Part shown: piece after piece, positions 27,954 to 37,201 of the stretch
Numbering within the stretch: position 1 is the stretch's first letter
Layout of the letters: every line of letters begins with the position of its first letter
DNA from: Verrucomicrobiia bacterium
Lineage (GTDB): Bacteria > Verrucomicrobiota > Verrucomicrobiia > Limisphaerales > UBA1319
Direction of reading: 5' to 3'
NCBI GenBank assembly: GCA_963664225.1
Contig: OY760937.1
Span: 1,344,001-1,408,000, forward strand
DNA: 64,000 nucleotides
Made by a program: the position numbers and the translations under genes
The notes under the pieces: model-generated
The model's database searches: none
Seen by the model: the letters and a program-made list of their open reading frames with translations, nothing else
What the model was told of the DNA's origin: nothing

Positions 27954-29288
27954 ATGCAGAACGAGTTGTTTGATTATATTCCCGACGGGGTTTTCACGGT
28001 GGACGGTAATTGGTGCATCAGCCTCTTTAATCGAGCGGCGGAGCAAATTACGGGGATTCAACGCTCCGAAGCCATTGGACGCCGTTGCTGCGATGTGTTC
28101 CGGGCCAGCATCTGTGAAAGCGCCTGCGCTCTCAAACAGACGCTTTCCACCGGTCGTCCGGTGGTGAACAAAGTCGTCTATGTGGTGGATGCCAAGGGCC
28201 AGCGCATTCCCATCAGCATCTCCACTGCCGTCCTCAAGGACGCAAATGGCAAGGTGCTCGGTGGCATTGAATGTTTCCGGGATCTGCGCGTCGTGGAGGA
28301 GCTCCATCGTCAGGCCCAGGAGCAAAACCGGTTTGCGGATATTATTGGTCGCAGCCCGGCGATGCGTCGCATTTTTGAGATCCTTCCCGAAATCTCCGAA
28401 AGCGATAGTACGGTGCTCATCGAAGGGGCCAGCGGCACGGGCAAGGAGCTGTTTGCGCGCGCGATTCACAATCTGTCCAGGCGCCGGGCGAAAAAGCTGA
28501 TTGCGATCAATTGTGGTGCCTTGCCTGATACGCTGCTGGAATCGGAGCTATTTGGATACAAAGCCGGAGCTTTCACCGATGCCCGTCGGGACAAGCCCGG
28601 TCGCTTTGCTTTGGCGGAGGGTGGCACCATCTTTCTGGATGAAATTGGCGATATTTCTCCCGCCATGCAAACGCGCCTGTTGCGGGTTCTTCAGGAGCGT
28701 GTTTACGAACCGCTTGGTTCTGTGGATTCGGTCAAGGCCAATGTCCGCGTGATCACCGCCACCAACAAATCCCTGAGCCAATTGGTGAGGGAAGGCAAGT
28801 TTCGCGAGGATCTCTACTACCGGGTCCATGTCATTCGGATCGAGTTACCCAGCATTCGCGACCGTCGGGAGGATATTCCTCTGCTCATCGAGCATTTTGT
28901 CGAGCAATTTAACCGGCGTCAGGGGAAGGATGTGGGCGGAGTGTCCGATGAAGTGCTCGCGCGACTGATGGAATACGATTTTCCGGGCAATGTGCGCGAA
29001 CTGGAAAACATCATCGAGCATGCGTTTGTATTATGCCGGGGCGGTCTGATTAAAATGCCGCACCTTCCACCTCATTTGCGCCCGGCTTCAACAGCGGATG
29101 GTTTGGAGAAAGTCGAGGGCATGACGCTGCAAGCCGCCGAGGAAATGATGGTTCTCAATGCCTTGCGGCGGAACCAGGGAAACAAAACCCGGGCGGCCAA
29201 AGAGCTGGGAATCGATGCCAGCACCTTGTTTCGGAAAATCAAAGCGTTCAAACTGGATTTGCCGGTAAAGACTGACCGCGATCAGTAA
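27954..29288 (+). CDS. PAS-domain sigma54-dependent activator (OrpR-like)
   Basis: Cys-rich PAS (RCCDVFRASICESAC), GASGTGKE, GAFTDA, FLDEIG, FREDLYYR, FPGNVREL and a Fis-type HTH. Confidence 0.9.
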   Translation: MQNELFDYIPDGVFTVDGNWCISLFNRAAEQITGIQRSEAIGRRCCDVFRASICESACALKQTLSTGRPVVNKVVYVVDAKGQRIPISISTAVLKDANGKVLGGIECFRDLRVVEELHRQAQEQNRFADIIGRSPAMRRIFEILPEISESDSTVLIEGASGTGKELFARAIHNLSRRRAKKLIAINCGALPDTLLESELFGYKAGAFTDARRDKPGRFALAEGGTIFLDEIGDISPAMQTRLLRVLQERVYEPLGSVDSVKANVRVITATNKSLSQLVREGKFREDLYYRVHVIRIELPSIRDRREDIPLLIEHFVEQFNRRQGKDVGGVSDEVLARLMEYDFPGNVRELENIIEHAFVLCRGGLIKMPHLPPHLRPASTADGLEKVEGMTLQAAEEMMVLNALRRNQGNKTRAAKELGIDASTLFRKIKAFKLDLPVKTDRDQ

Positions 29289-29410
29289 ACCTGGTGCGAC
29301 CCATTTTACTCCGCTAACCCTCTTACAACATTTGGGATTGTCAGCAGATGGTGATGATCACTCTTTTCAAGATCTTAGACTCATTCGCACATTTCTTCGA
29401 CTATAGACTA

Positions 29411-29456
29411 TTGCATATTGCCATGATGCCATTATTCATACATGTGCAATATGCCA
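29411..29456. promoter_or_regulatory. Paired enhancer palindromes TTGCATATTGCCA / GTGCAATATGCCA
   Basis: The two 13-mers are 33 bp apart and about 89 bp upstream of the sigma54 promoter at 29545. Confidence 0.65.
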
Positions 29457-29544
29457 CGGTTGTTCATGATTCAACCCGATCTTAATGTTCCCACTCTGTT
29501 GGATATTAGAATGTTGCAGAAGCACTCAATCCTAATCCCTCATT

Positions 29545-29560
29545 TGGCATGCTTCCCGCT
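29545..29560 (+). promoter_or_regulatory. Sigma54 -24/-12 promoter TGGCATGCTTCCCGCT
   Basis: GG-N10-GC upstream of the NifB/NifX-domain gene. Confidence 0.65.
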
Positions 29561-29572
29561 TAACAGCCTGGC

Positions 29573-29995
29573 GTGACGGTTGCCATGCCAATTTGGGAAG
29601 GTCGGATTTCGCCAGTTCTGGATGTGGCGGGCCGATTCCTGATGATTCAAATTGAGAACGGTCGTGAAAAGAGCCGCCGGGAAATATTGGTGGCTGAGAC
29701 GAATCCCACGCTATTGGTCAAAGGCATCAAGGAAATGGGCGTTGGAATTTTGTTGTGCGGCGCCTTATCCGAGCCGGTTGCCTTTTTGTTGGCAAAAAAT
29801 GGCATTCGCGTCTGGCCGCATCTATGCGGGGAAGCCGAAGCCGTGCTCTACGCCTTTCTGGCGGATAAGCTGGGGCAGGCGGAATTTCGCATGCCTGGGT
29901 GCTGTCTGGGGCATTGTTTCTGCCGCCGCAACCGTTATCACCGTCGAAGCAATTTGCGGCTCAATAATCACATGGAATCGGTAGAAAAATTATGA
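29573..29995 (+). CDS. NifB/NifX-family (FeMo-co-binding domain) protein
   Basis: VAMPIWEGRISPVLDVA, LLCGALS and FRMPGCC tail. Confidence 0.75.
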   Translation: MTVAMPIWEGRISPVLDVAGRFLMIQIENGREKSRREILVAETNPTLLVKGIKEMGVGILLCGALSEPVAFLLAKNGIRVWPHLCGEAEAVLYAFLADKLGQAEFRMPGCCLGHCFCRRNRYHRRSNLRLNNHMESVEKL

Positions 29996-30123
29996 AGGTT
30001 GATGTTACTGCTCAAGGGCTTGATGCCGAATCGTTGGTGGATCCTCGTTTTGGAGGCGAGCCCCATTTCTGCGTGGCTGAGGTCGAACTCAGGGATTCTC
30101 CGGCCGTCCTGGCCATTCAATAA
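29992..30123 (+). pseudogene. Truncated orange-protein / MTH1175-like NifB/NifX gene
   Basis: Manual translation MKVDVTAQGLDAESLVDPRFGGEPHF...* (43 aa); the DPRFGR motif is degenerate and the rest is missing. Confidence 0.6.
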
Positions 30124-30152
30124 GGATCGGTCGTCGTATCTCAAAACATTCT

Positions 30153-31790
30153 ATGAATGAAACTCGTCAGTTGCCCGCCAACTTTGGCCCACTCAAAGGT
30201 GCCAATGGCAATGCCCGCATCACCGGGCCTTGCGGTGACACCATGGAATTCTGGCTCCGGATTGTAAATGACCAGGTTCTCCGAGCCCGCTTTACCACCG
30301 ATGGATGTGGAGCTGCGATCGCAAGCGGAACCATGGCCTCCAGCATGGCCGAAGGAAACTACCTGGCTTTCGTCGAAAAGATCACATCGAATCAAGTGCT
30401 CGATGCTTTGGGCGGTCTGCCGCCAGATCATCAGCATTGCCCGGTGCTGGCTGTGAATACGTTGAAGGCGGCCCTTGCCGATTACCAGACACATCGAAAT
30501 CCCGAGGGCCAGGCAAATATGGAACACGCCTGCCAATCACAAGCCAAAACAGTCAATCCGAAGGGAGTTCCGAGCCGAGTCGAAGTGGGTCACGGCCCCA
30601 CTCCAGACGAAGACGAAGCGCTTCGCCGGCGGTTGGGGCGCATTGCCTTTAAGATTCTCGTTCTTTCGGGCAAAGGTGGCGTGGGTAAAAGCACGGTCGC
30701 AGTCAACCTGGCCGTCGCGTTGGCCGCGGCCGGGAAGCGGGTCGGTTTGATCGATGTGGATGTTCATGGCCCGAGCATTCCCAAGTTGATTGGTCTGGAA
30801 GAAAGCTCCATGGAATTCGACGGTGAGTCGCTTTTGCCTGTCATTGGACCCTCTGGGCTTAAGGTGGCCTCGTTGGGTTTCCTTTTAAAGACCACGCGGG
30901 ATGCGGTTGTTTGGCGCGGTCCCATGAAATATAAAGCCATTCGTGAACTGCTCGGCGGTGTGGTTTGGGGGGATCTGGATGTTTTGGTGGTGGATTGTCC
31001 ACCGGGTACGGGTGACGAACCACTCTCCGTCGCTCAATCGGTTGGGCATTCAGCCGCCGCCATCGTGGTCACCACTCCGCAACAAGTGGCGATTGCCGAT
31101 GTGCGTCGGTCCATTACCTTTTGCGAACAGGTGGGTCTGCCTGTGTTGGGAATCGTCGAAAACATGAGTGGTTATGTGTGTCCCAAGTGTGAAGAGTCAA
31201 CCGCACTTTTCAAAACCGGTGGCGGCCAGCAGTTGGCTGGCGAAATGAAGGTTCCGTTCCTGGGGGGTATTCCCATCGATCCTCAAATTGTCGATTCGGG
31301 CGACTGCGGCACGCCGTTCGTGGAGCGTTATGCCCAAAGCCCGTCCGCTTGCGCCTTCGCTGAAATTTTAAAATCCATACTAAATCAATTAAACTGTATG
31401 AATAAAACTGAAACTCAAAAATCAAATCACAATCTTAAAATCGCCATTCCTTTGGCCGGGGGCCGTCTCGCCGACCATTTCGGTCACTGTGAACAATTCG
31501 CCATTATCGAGATTAACCCGAATGATAAAAACATTCTGAACACCGCCCTAGTGACGCCCCCGGCGCACGAGCCTGGATTGTTGCCACGATGGCTCCAGCA
31601 AGAGGGCGTGCAGGTCATCATCACCGGGGGTATGGGAGAACGAGCGATAAAACTGTTCTCTGAAAATGGCATCAAAGTAAAAAGTGGCGTCTCGGGTAAA
31701 ACCGCCGAGGAATTGGTGAGGATATTTCTGCAGGGCGGGCTGATCTCAGGACCGAGCGCTTGCGGTCATCACGAGCACGGATGCCATTGA
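30153..31790 (+). CDS. IscU/NifU-N + Mrp/NBP35 (ApbC) ATPase + NifB/NifX fusion
   Basis: GPCGD..DGCG..QHC; GKGGVGKST, DCPPGTGD, ENMS..CPKC; HFGHCEQF..HEPG..GGMG.RA. Confidence 0.88.
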   Translation: MNETRQLPANFGPLKGANGNARITGPCGDTMEFWLRIVNDQVLRARFTTDGCGAAIASGTMASSMAEGNYLAFVEKITSNQVLDALGGLPPDHQHCPVLAVNTLKAALADYQTHRNPEGQANMEHACQSQAKTVNPKGVPSRVEVGHGPTPDEDEALRRRLGRIAFKILVLSGKGGVGKSTVAVNLAVALAAAGKRVGLIDVDVHGPSIPKLIGLEESSMEFDGESLLPVIGPSGLKVASLGFLLKTTRDAVVWRGPMKYKAIRELLGGVVWGDLDVLVVDCPPGTGDEPLSVAQSVGHSAAAIVVTTPQQVAIADVRRSITFCEQVGLPVLGIVENMSGYVCPKCEESTALFKTGGGQQLAGEMKVPFLGGIPIDPQIVDSGDCGTPFVERYAQSPSACAFAEILKSILNQLNCMNKTETQKSNHNLKIAIPLAGGRLADHFGHCEQFAIIEINPNDKNILNTALVTPPAHEPGLLPRWLQQEGVQVIITGGMGERAIKLFSENGIKVKSGVSGKTAEELVRIFLQGGLISGPSACGHHEHGCH

Positions 31791-31986
31791 ATTTCATGAG
31801 CCTTGGAATAAAGCCGGAGAAATTCAGGTTCAAAAGCATTGGTTAAAATGCCGGCACGAAAGACAACAGGGAAGGGGACTAAAGCCTCATCTGCCTGATC
31901 TGGACTCCAAGCTTCTGAATGCATACGCTCCAGGCCCACCTGAGAACATCAGGTCGCTTTCACTTACAGGTCATGCCAATCTTATT

Positions 31987-32013
31987 TTGTAACTTTTTTA
32001 GCCGATGAGACTC
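31987..32013 (+). promoter_or_regulatory. ECF-type promoter TTGTAAC-N15-GACTC
   Basis: TTGTAAC TTTTTTAGCCGATGA GACTC upstream of ATG 32049. Confidence 0.68.
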
Positions 32014-32048
32014 AATTGGTGCAGACGAACAAAGAATATCGCAATTTC

Positions 32049-32444
32049 ATGAAAAAACATGCACTGGCCGTTTTTCGGCAGCCTCCCGAACACCTCAACT
32101 GCGCACAGTCCGTTCTCCATGCCTGGCGCGAAAGTTCTGGAGACACTTCCATAGCTCTCGCCGATCTGAAATCCTTCGGTGGTGGCCGTGCGCCGGAAGG
32201 CCTCTGTGGCGCGTTGCACGCGGCTTGCACCGTGGCCCCCGCAAAAGCTGAAGAGTTGAAAGCGCACTTTGCCGCCCGCCTGGGTTCGCTTTACTGCAAG
32301 GAACTGCGCGAGGCCGGTCAACATCCTTGCGCGGATTGCGTTGCCCAGGCTGCGGAACTGCTCGAATTCAGGACGGAGATGGATCGGTCTGAGAAGGGTA
32401 GCCGCTTTAATGCAGAAAGCTCTAAACCACTCACCAATCCATGA
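32049..32444 (+). CDS. C_GCAxxG_C_C family putative redox protein
   Basis: NCAQSV, FGGG...LCGAL, GSLYCKEL and PCADCV motifs. Confidence 0.8.
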   Translation: MKKHALAVFRQPPEHLNCAQSVLHAWRESSGDTSIALADLKSFGGGRAPEGLCGALHAACTVAPAKAEELKAHFAARLGSLYCKELREAGQHPCADCVAQAAELLEFRTEMDRSEKGSRFNAESSKPLTNP

Positions 32445-32681
32445 ACTTGGTCATAATTGGCACCGATGACAATCCGGCCCGCAATGAGATGCCCATCGCA
32501 GAGGATTCTCTAAACTATAGTGCACACCGAGGCATCTTTAATCCAATAGCCGAAAATCACGGTAAAGATCAAAAGCTTCATATGTATGGGATGGAGGTGC
32601 TCAATGTTTGGAACTAGGTGTTGCTCGCCACGGGACAGTTTTAGTGATTAATGCCCCATACCTTTGAAGGGTTGTTAAACC

Positions 32682-33437
32682 ATGCTCCATAAAAAGTCCA
32701 AATCCATAACATTAAAGACTCACAAATTGAAACCTTTGCCCATCCAGACTGCATATGGCAATGAAGTCCTCGCCAATCATCGGTCATTGATGGAGCGCGA
32801 TGCCTTGATAAAAGAGTTTGGTTACGATTTTCCAGCAGGGATACAATTTGTGCTGGATCAGGCACTGCCTCTGGGCACTTCCGTGCTTGAAATCGGCACT
32901 GGAAAAGGCCGGTTTATGGTGGCACTGGCTCCCTGCGTCAAAGCCATAACCACCGTGGACATTTCCTTAGAAGAGCAGCACTGCGCGCGACTAAACGCCC
33001 GGCACGCCTGCGTTAAAACCAAAATCGAATATGTTCTTCAAGACGCCGCGCGCCTGCCCTGGCCGGACCAGAAATTCGACGCGGTGGCGACGATGAACGC
33101 CATGCATCACATTCCTCATTTTAATCAGGTCCTCGTAGAAATGCTGCGGGTTGTTAAACCTGACGGAAAAATTGTTCTCGCCGATTTCAGTCCGCGCGGG
33201 TTCCAAATCATGGCACGGTTTAACCGTTCAGAAGGCAAAACGCACGAACGCCACCTTCACAATTTCCGCGACATCCAAAAACTTCTGCGTGATCGGGGTT
33301 GGGCCACACGGCTGCGCAAAGGTTGCCTTCAAGAAGTCCTGATCGCGTGGCGAAACGGCGTCGCATCAAATTCAAATCACAGTCGGGATAAGAATCGAAA
33401 CGCTTACAACAAACCGTCGACTAATGAAAAAGGATGA
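32682..33437 (+). CDS. Class I SAM-dependent methyltransferase
   Basis: VLEIGTGKG, QDAARLP, EMLRVVKPDG and His-rich C-terminal part; start uncertain. Confidence 0.85.
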   Translation: MLHKKSKSITLKTHKLKPLPIQTAYGNEVLANHRSLMERDALIKEFGYDFPAGIQFVLDQALPLGTSVLEIGTGKGRFMVALAPCVKAITTVDISLEEQHCARLNARHACVKTKIEYVLQDAARLPWPDQKFDAVATMNAMHHIPHFNQVLVEMLRVVKPDGKIVLADFSPRGFQIMARFNRSEGKTHERHLHNFRDIQKLLRDRGWATRLRKGCLQEVLIAWRNGVASNSNHSRDKNRNAYNKPSTNEKG

Positions 33438-33684
33438 CATCATGACAAAACAAAATGCATTAAAGCAACAAACGGCCGCCACAGAGGCCGCTCATGTTCC
33501 GGAAGCTCTTGCGATAAACATTGCCCCGCCCGGAGTCTTTACTTATTTATTATAAAGCACGTACATGGGGCGCAAGAGAGCCGGAGGGCTTGGAGAGTAT
33601 CCAGAAGATTTCGCCTGCGCCATCGGCATTCGATATAATGAAATCCGAATTGACAGAATATGTAAGTGGTCTAACCTGTAACTT

Positions 33685-35103
33685 GTGATCGCTTTCTTGA
33701 AATCTTCCTGCTCGATGGCCCTTTGGTTTTGCGCCTGCATGGCCTTCTCGTCGCCTGCCGTGCGCGCCGCAGATACCCTGGCTCCGGCGGTGGCCACCAA
33801 TGCGCCCTCGTGGCTGGCCAAGCCCCTTTCCATTGAGGAATGTCTCAACCTGGCCCTTACCCAAAACGGCGCCATCCTCAAATCCCAGAAGGACCTCGAA
33901 GCCGCCTATGGCATCGTCGTCCAGACCCGTGCCATCGCCATTCCCAAGGTGCGCGCCCAGAGCCAGTATAAAATCATCGATCAGGATTCGATCGATAAGT
34001 TTCCGTTCTCTGGAGTGGGCGGTTTCAATATCGAGTATCCTGACCAAAGCTGGAACGCCAACGTTGCCTTGTCTCAATCCATCTACGAGGGCGGGCGCAT
34101 CAATTCGGCAATGCGCTCTGCCAGACTCACCCGGGACCAGGCCCTGTTCAGCCATCAGGCCATCATTGCCGACAACCTGCTCGAGGTGCGCGTGGCTTAC
34201 GCGGACGTCCTTCTGGCAGCCCAACTGATCACGGTGCAAGAGGCCTCGGTTAAGCTCCTGACCAGCGAATTGGAGGACACCAAGCGGCGTTTTGAGGCCG
34301 GAACCGTTCCCCGATTCAATGTCCTGCGGGCTGAAGTCGAAGTGGCCAACGCGCGTCCCCGCCTCATCAAGGCCCGCAACTCGTTTCGTGTTGCGAAAAG
34401 CAACCTGGCCAACCTGCTCGGTTACAACATCCCCAAAGAAATCTGGCAGGACATCCCCCTCCAACTGACAGCCACTCTGGAGGACATGGCTGTGCCTTAC
34501 GACATCGACCTGCCCTCGGCGCTCAGCCAGGCCGTCGAACGCCGCCCTGAACTGGGAGCATTGAAGAAAACCATCGGATTGCGCCAGGAAGGACTCGTTT
34601 CCGCCAAAGCCGGTTACAAACCCAGCGTCCAATTGACCGGCGGTTACGGCTCCCGCAGTTCAAGCTTCAGCAGCGACCTCACGCACGACGTCTCCGGCTG
34701 GTTTGCGGGCGCGCAGGCATCCTGGGATATTTTCGACGGCTTTCTCACAAAGGGCAAAGTGGATGAAGCCAGGGCACGGTTTCAAAAATCCCAGGTGGAC
34801 TTGGACGACACCACGCGCCGCGTCGAGCTCGAAGTCCGCACCACCTATTCGAATTTCATCGAGGCCCGGGAGGTCCTTGATTCCCAGAAAAAAGTCCAGG
34901 AGCAAGCCGAGGAAGCCCTGCGCCTGGCCACCGCACGCAGCGAAGCCGGAACAGGCACCCAATTGGACGTCCTAAGCGCCCAGACCTCGCTCACCGAGGC
35001 CAGAACCACTCAAATCCAGGCCCTGCATGATTATTCTGCGGCCCGATCCCGGTTGGAACGGGCCATCGGTCAGAGCTGTTCGGTCAATACCGCCGCCAAA
35101 TAA
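33685..35103 (+). CDS. TolC-family outer membrane efflux protein
   Basis: Signal peptide and two OEP repeats (RFEAGTVPRFNVLRAE, RSEAGTGTQLDVLSAQ); TTGACA-N16-TAACCT at 33650-33677. Confidence 0.9.
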   Translation: MIAFLKSSCSMALWFCACMAFSSPAVRAADTLAPAVATNAPSWLAKPLSIEECLNLALTQNGAILKSQKDLEAAYGIVVQTRAIAIPKVRAQSQYKIIDQDSIDKFPFSGVGGFNIEYPDQSWNANVALSQSIYEGGRINSAMRSARLTRDQALFSHQAIIADNLLEVRVAYADVLLAAQLITVQEASVKLLTSELEDTKRRFEAGTVPRFNVLRAEVEVANARPRLIKARNSFRVAKSNLANLLGYNIPKEIWQDIPLQLTATLEDMAVPYDIDLPSALSQAVERRPELGALKKTIGLRQEGLVSAKAGYKPSVQLTGGYGSRSSSFSSDLTHDVSGWFAGAQASWDIFDGFLTKGKVDEARARFQKSQVDLDDTTRRVELEVRTTYSNFIEAREVLDSQKKVQEQAEEALRLATARSEAGTGTQLDVLSAQTSLTEARTTQIQALHDYSAARSRLERAIGQSCSVNTAAK

Positions 35104-35152
35104 GCCGATGTGTTCCCAATGTGTGCGTTTTTCGCAAGACGGGGCAATTTAT

Positions 35153-35179
35153 TTGTAACCTTTCACGATTTCGTGGCTC
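35153..35179 (+). promoter_or_regulatory. ECF-type promoter TTGTAAC-N15-GGCTC for the YeeE pair
   Basis: ATTTGTAACCTTT is identical to the trxA copy, with the same spacing to GGCTC. Confidence 0.72.
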
Positions 35180-35191
35180 GATGAGTTCTAG

Positions 35192-35788
35192 GTGCAAAAC
35201 TTAAAATCTATGAACATAACTGACTGCGCTTCCGGCTCCTGCCGTTGCGGTGGAGGGCGTCAATCAATGAAGGGGCGTTGGAATCCCTATCTTGTCGGCA
35301 TTGGCATCGGCATCCTGAGTTGGCTGGCCTTTGCTGTTGTAGACGAACCGATTGGTATATCCACATCGCTCTCGGCTGTGTCCGGGCTTTGTGCCACCCC
35401 AATAATGGGCGGCGAAGCAGTGGCGAATAACGCTTACTGGGCCAAACTCCCATTTAAATGGAATGGCGGCATGTTGTTTCTTGTCGGCACGTTTCTCGGC
35501 AGTTTATTGAGCGTTCTGGCCAGCGGCACATTTCGGCTGGAGAAAGTCCCGGCGACGTGGTCGGAATACTTTGGCGGTTCGACTGGCAAGCGCATGTTCG
35601 CCGCCTTTCTCGGCGGTGTGATTATTATGTATGGAGCGCGCATGGCGGGTGGTTGCACCAGCGGACATGGCATCAGCGGTTCATTGCAATTGGCGCTGAG
35701 CAGTTGGGTGTTTTTTCTGACGATGTTCGTTTTCGGAATCGGAACTGCACTCATCCTCTTTCGAAAAACGTCGAACCAACCCCGATGA
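35192..35788 (+). CDS. YeeE/YedE-family sulfur-compound transporter subunit
   Basis: WNPY.VG and GARMAGGCTSGHGISG motifs. Confidence 0.88.
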   Translation: MQNLKSMNITDCASGSCRCGGGRQSMKGRWNPYLVGIGIGILSWLAFAVVDEPIGISTSLSAVSGLCATPIMGGEAVANNAYWAKLPFKWNGGMLFLVGTFLGSLLSVLASGTFRLEKVPATWSEYFGGSTGKRMFAAFLGGVIIMYGARMAGGCTSGHGISGSLQLALSSWVFFLTMFVFGIGTALILFRKTSNQPR

Positions 35789-35813
35789 TTTCAATTCTTA
35801 ACTTTTCAACACC

Positions 35814-36374
35814 ATGAATTTTCCTGTTTCTGCTGAAACGGCCCGTTGGCTGGCAATTCCGATGGGCATCCTTTTTGGGGTGCTTCTGCATCGCGGGGGC
35901 GTGTCGAACTATAACGTGATTGTTAATCAGTTCCGGTTCAAAGACTTCACCGTCCTTAAGGTTATGTTTACCGCCATCATTGTGGGTGGTATCGGCGTGC
36001 TCCTCCTGCATGGCGCTGGTCATGCCCTGTACCACATTAAGCCTGCGAATATGCTGGGCGTGGTCTTGGGTGCGGCCCTTTTTGGTGCGGGCATGGTGCT
36101 ATACGGATATTGTCCCGGCACGGGCATTGCCGCCATTGCCACGGGTAGCCTGCACGCCCTGGTCGGTTTCGTCGGCATGCTCCTGGGCGGAGCGCTCTAT
36201 GCGCTAAGTTTCTCCTGGGTTGCCAAACATATTCAGACCGTCGCGGCGCTGGGATCGGTTCGCCTTCCCGACATCACCGGCGTGCCCGACTGGGGCTGGT
36301 TCGGGATACTCATTGCGATCGCCAGCGTGATATTCTGGATTTTGGAAACAAAAGTTAAACCGGTCTCCGATTAG
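35814..36374 (+). CDS. YeeE/YedE-family sulfur-compound transporter subunit
   Basis: GILFGVLL, DFTVLKVM and LFGAGM.LYGYCPGT motifs. Confidence 0.88.
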   Translation: MNFPVSAETARWLAIPMGILFGVLLHRGGVSNYNVIVNQFRFKDFTVLKVMFTAIIVGGIGVLLLHGAGHALYHIKPANMLGVVLGAALFGAGMVLYGYCPGTGIAAIATGSLHALVGFVGMLLGGALYALSFSWVAKHIQTVAALGSVRLPDITGVPDWGWFGILIAIASVIFWILETKVKPVSD

Positions 36375-36818
36375 TGGACGAAATTGCTTCAGCAATCTAT
36401 GCCTTGTCCAATGGCAGTCATGAACGAAATAGCTGTGCGTTCGTAACATGCCTGGATAAGGGCCAATTACGACTGATGTTGATACAGAGAATTGCTCCGA
36501 CTCCGTTTGTCCAAGCAAACCCAGTTGCATTTGTACCCATGAGGAGCGTCAGGCATTATGAGTGTCGTTACATGTGACCGAGGGGACATGGCGGATTTGA
36601 CTGGGGTGCCGCATTCGTCTGGCCATGCGCAACTCGGGATGTTCAACCAGTAGTTTGCCGATTGTCTCCATTAGTTATTCAAAATCGAGCGGATTTTTCC
36701 ATCGGGGCACCCATCCCTGCGGCCGCCGGTGCAAACGATTTACTCTAAATCTCATCGTGTCTCGTTAGGAAATCACCGAGGATGTTCATGCAAGGCACTA
36801 CTCCCTGTGCAGAGCTTC

Positions 36819-37022
36819 TTAACGTGTGGCGTCATTGGCAGCACCCGTAGTATTAGTGCTTGCAGGCATATTTGTTGTTCCGTCCTTCATGCCGTCGGCG
36901 TGGTTCATACTTGAATTGGTGGATGGCGTCTCGGTTGAATTGCTTGGGCTGTTTTGGTTGCAGCCCACCAGCGCCAATGCCGCCATTAGGGAGATTGCTA
37001 CAAGTGGAATACTCGATTTCAT
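36819..37022 (-). CDS. Small Ser/Thr/Asn-rich lipoprotein
   Basis: LVGC lipobox after a hydrophobic signal; TATGGGGT box upstream. Confidence 0.7.
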   Translation of the reverse strand: MKSSIPLVAISLMAALALVGCNQNSPSNSTETPSTNSSMNHADGMKDGTTNMPASTNTTGAANDATR

Positions 37023-37128
37023 AAATTCATTATTCGTTTTTGTGCTCCTGATTATTCCCGCCAGCGTGATCGTAAAAGGCCTGGCGGCGATTGGGTTTAC
37101 CTATGTTGCGGCATGCCCCAATATTTCG

Positions 37129-37148
37129 CTATGGGGTATAACCCGCAC
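37129..37148. promoter_or_regulatory. TATGGGGT-box copy 4 (CTATGGGGTATAACCCGCAC)
   Basis: Recurrent motif upstream of the lipoprotein gene. Confidence 0.6.
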
Positions 37149-37201
37149 GTCAGATCGTGTCGTTTTCGCGACCGTGAAGTTCTTGAGAAATGATTTATAT
37201 T

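Noticed and set aside
29573..31790. Nitrogen fixation genes
   Set aside because: NifB/NifX and NifU-N domains are present, but no nifHDK or radical-SAM NifB; the context fits Orp/Fe-S assembly.
33550..34632. 360-aa minus-strand ORF (also similar ones at 17071-17910, 24623-25531 and 56892-57833)
   Set aside because: Shadow ORFs overlapping well-supported genes, with no recognisable motifs.
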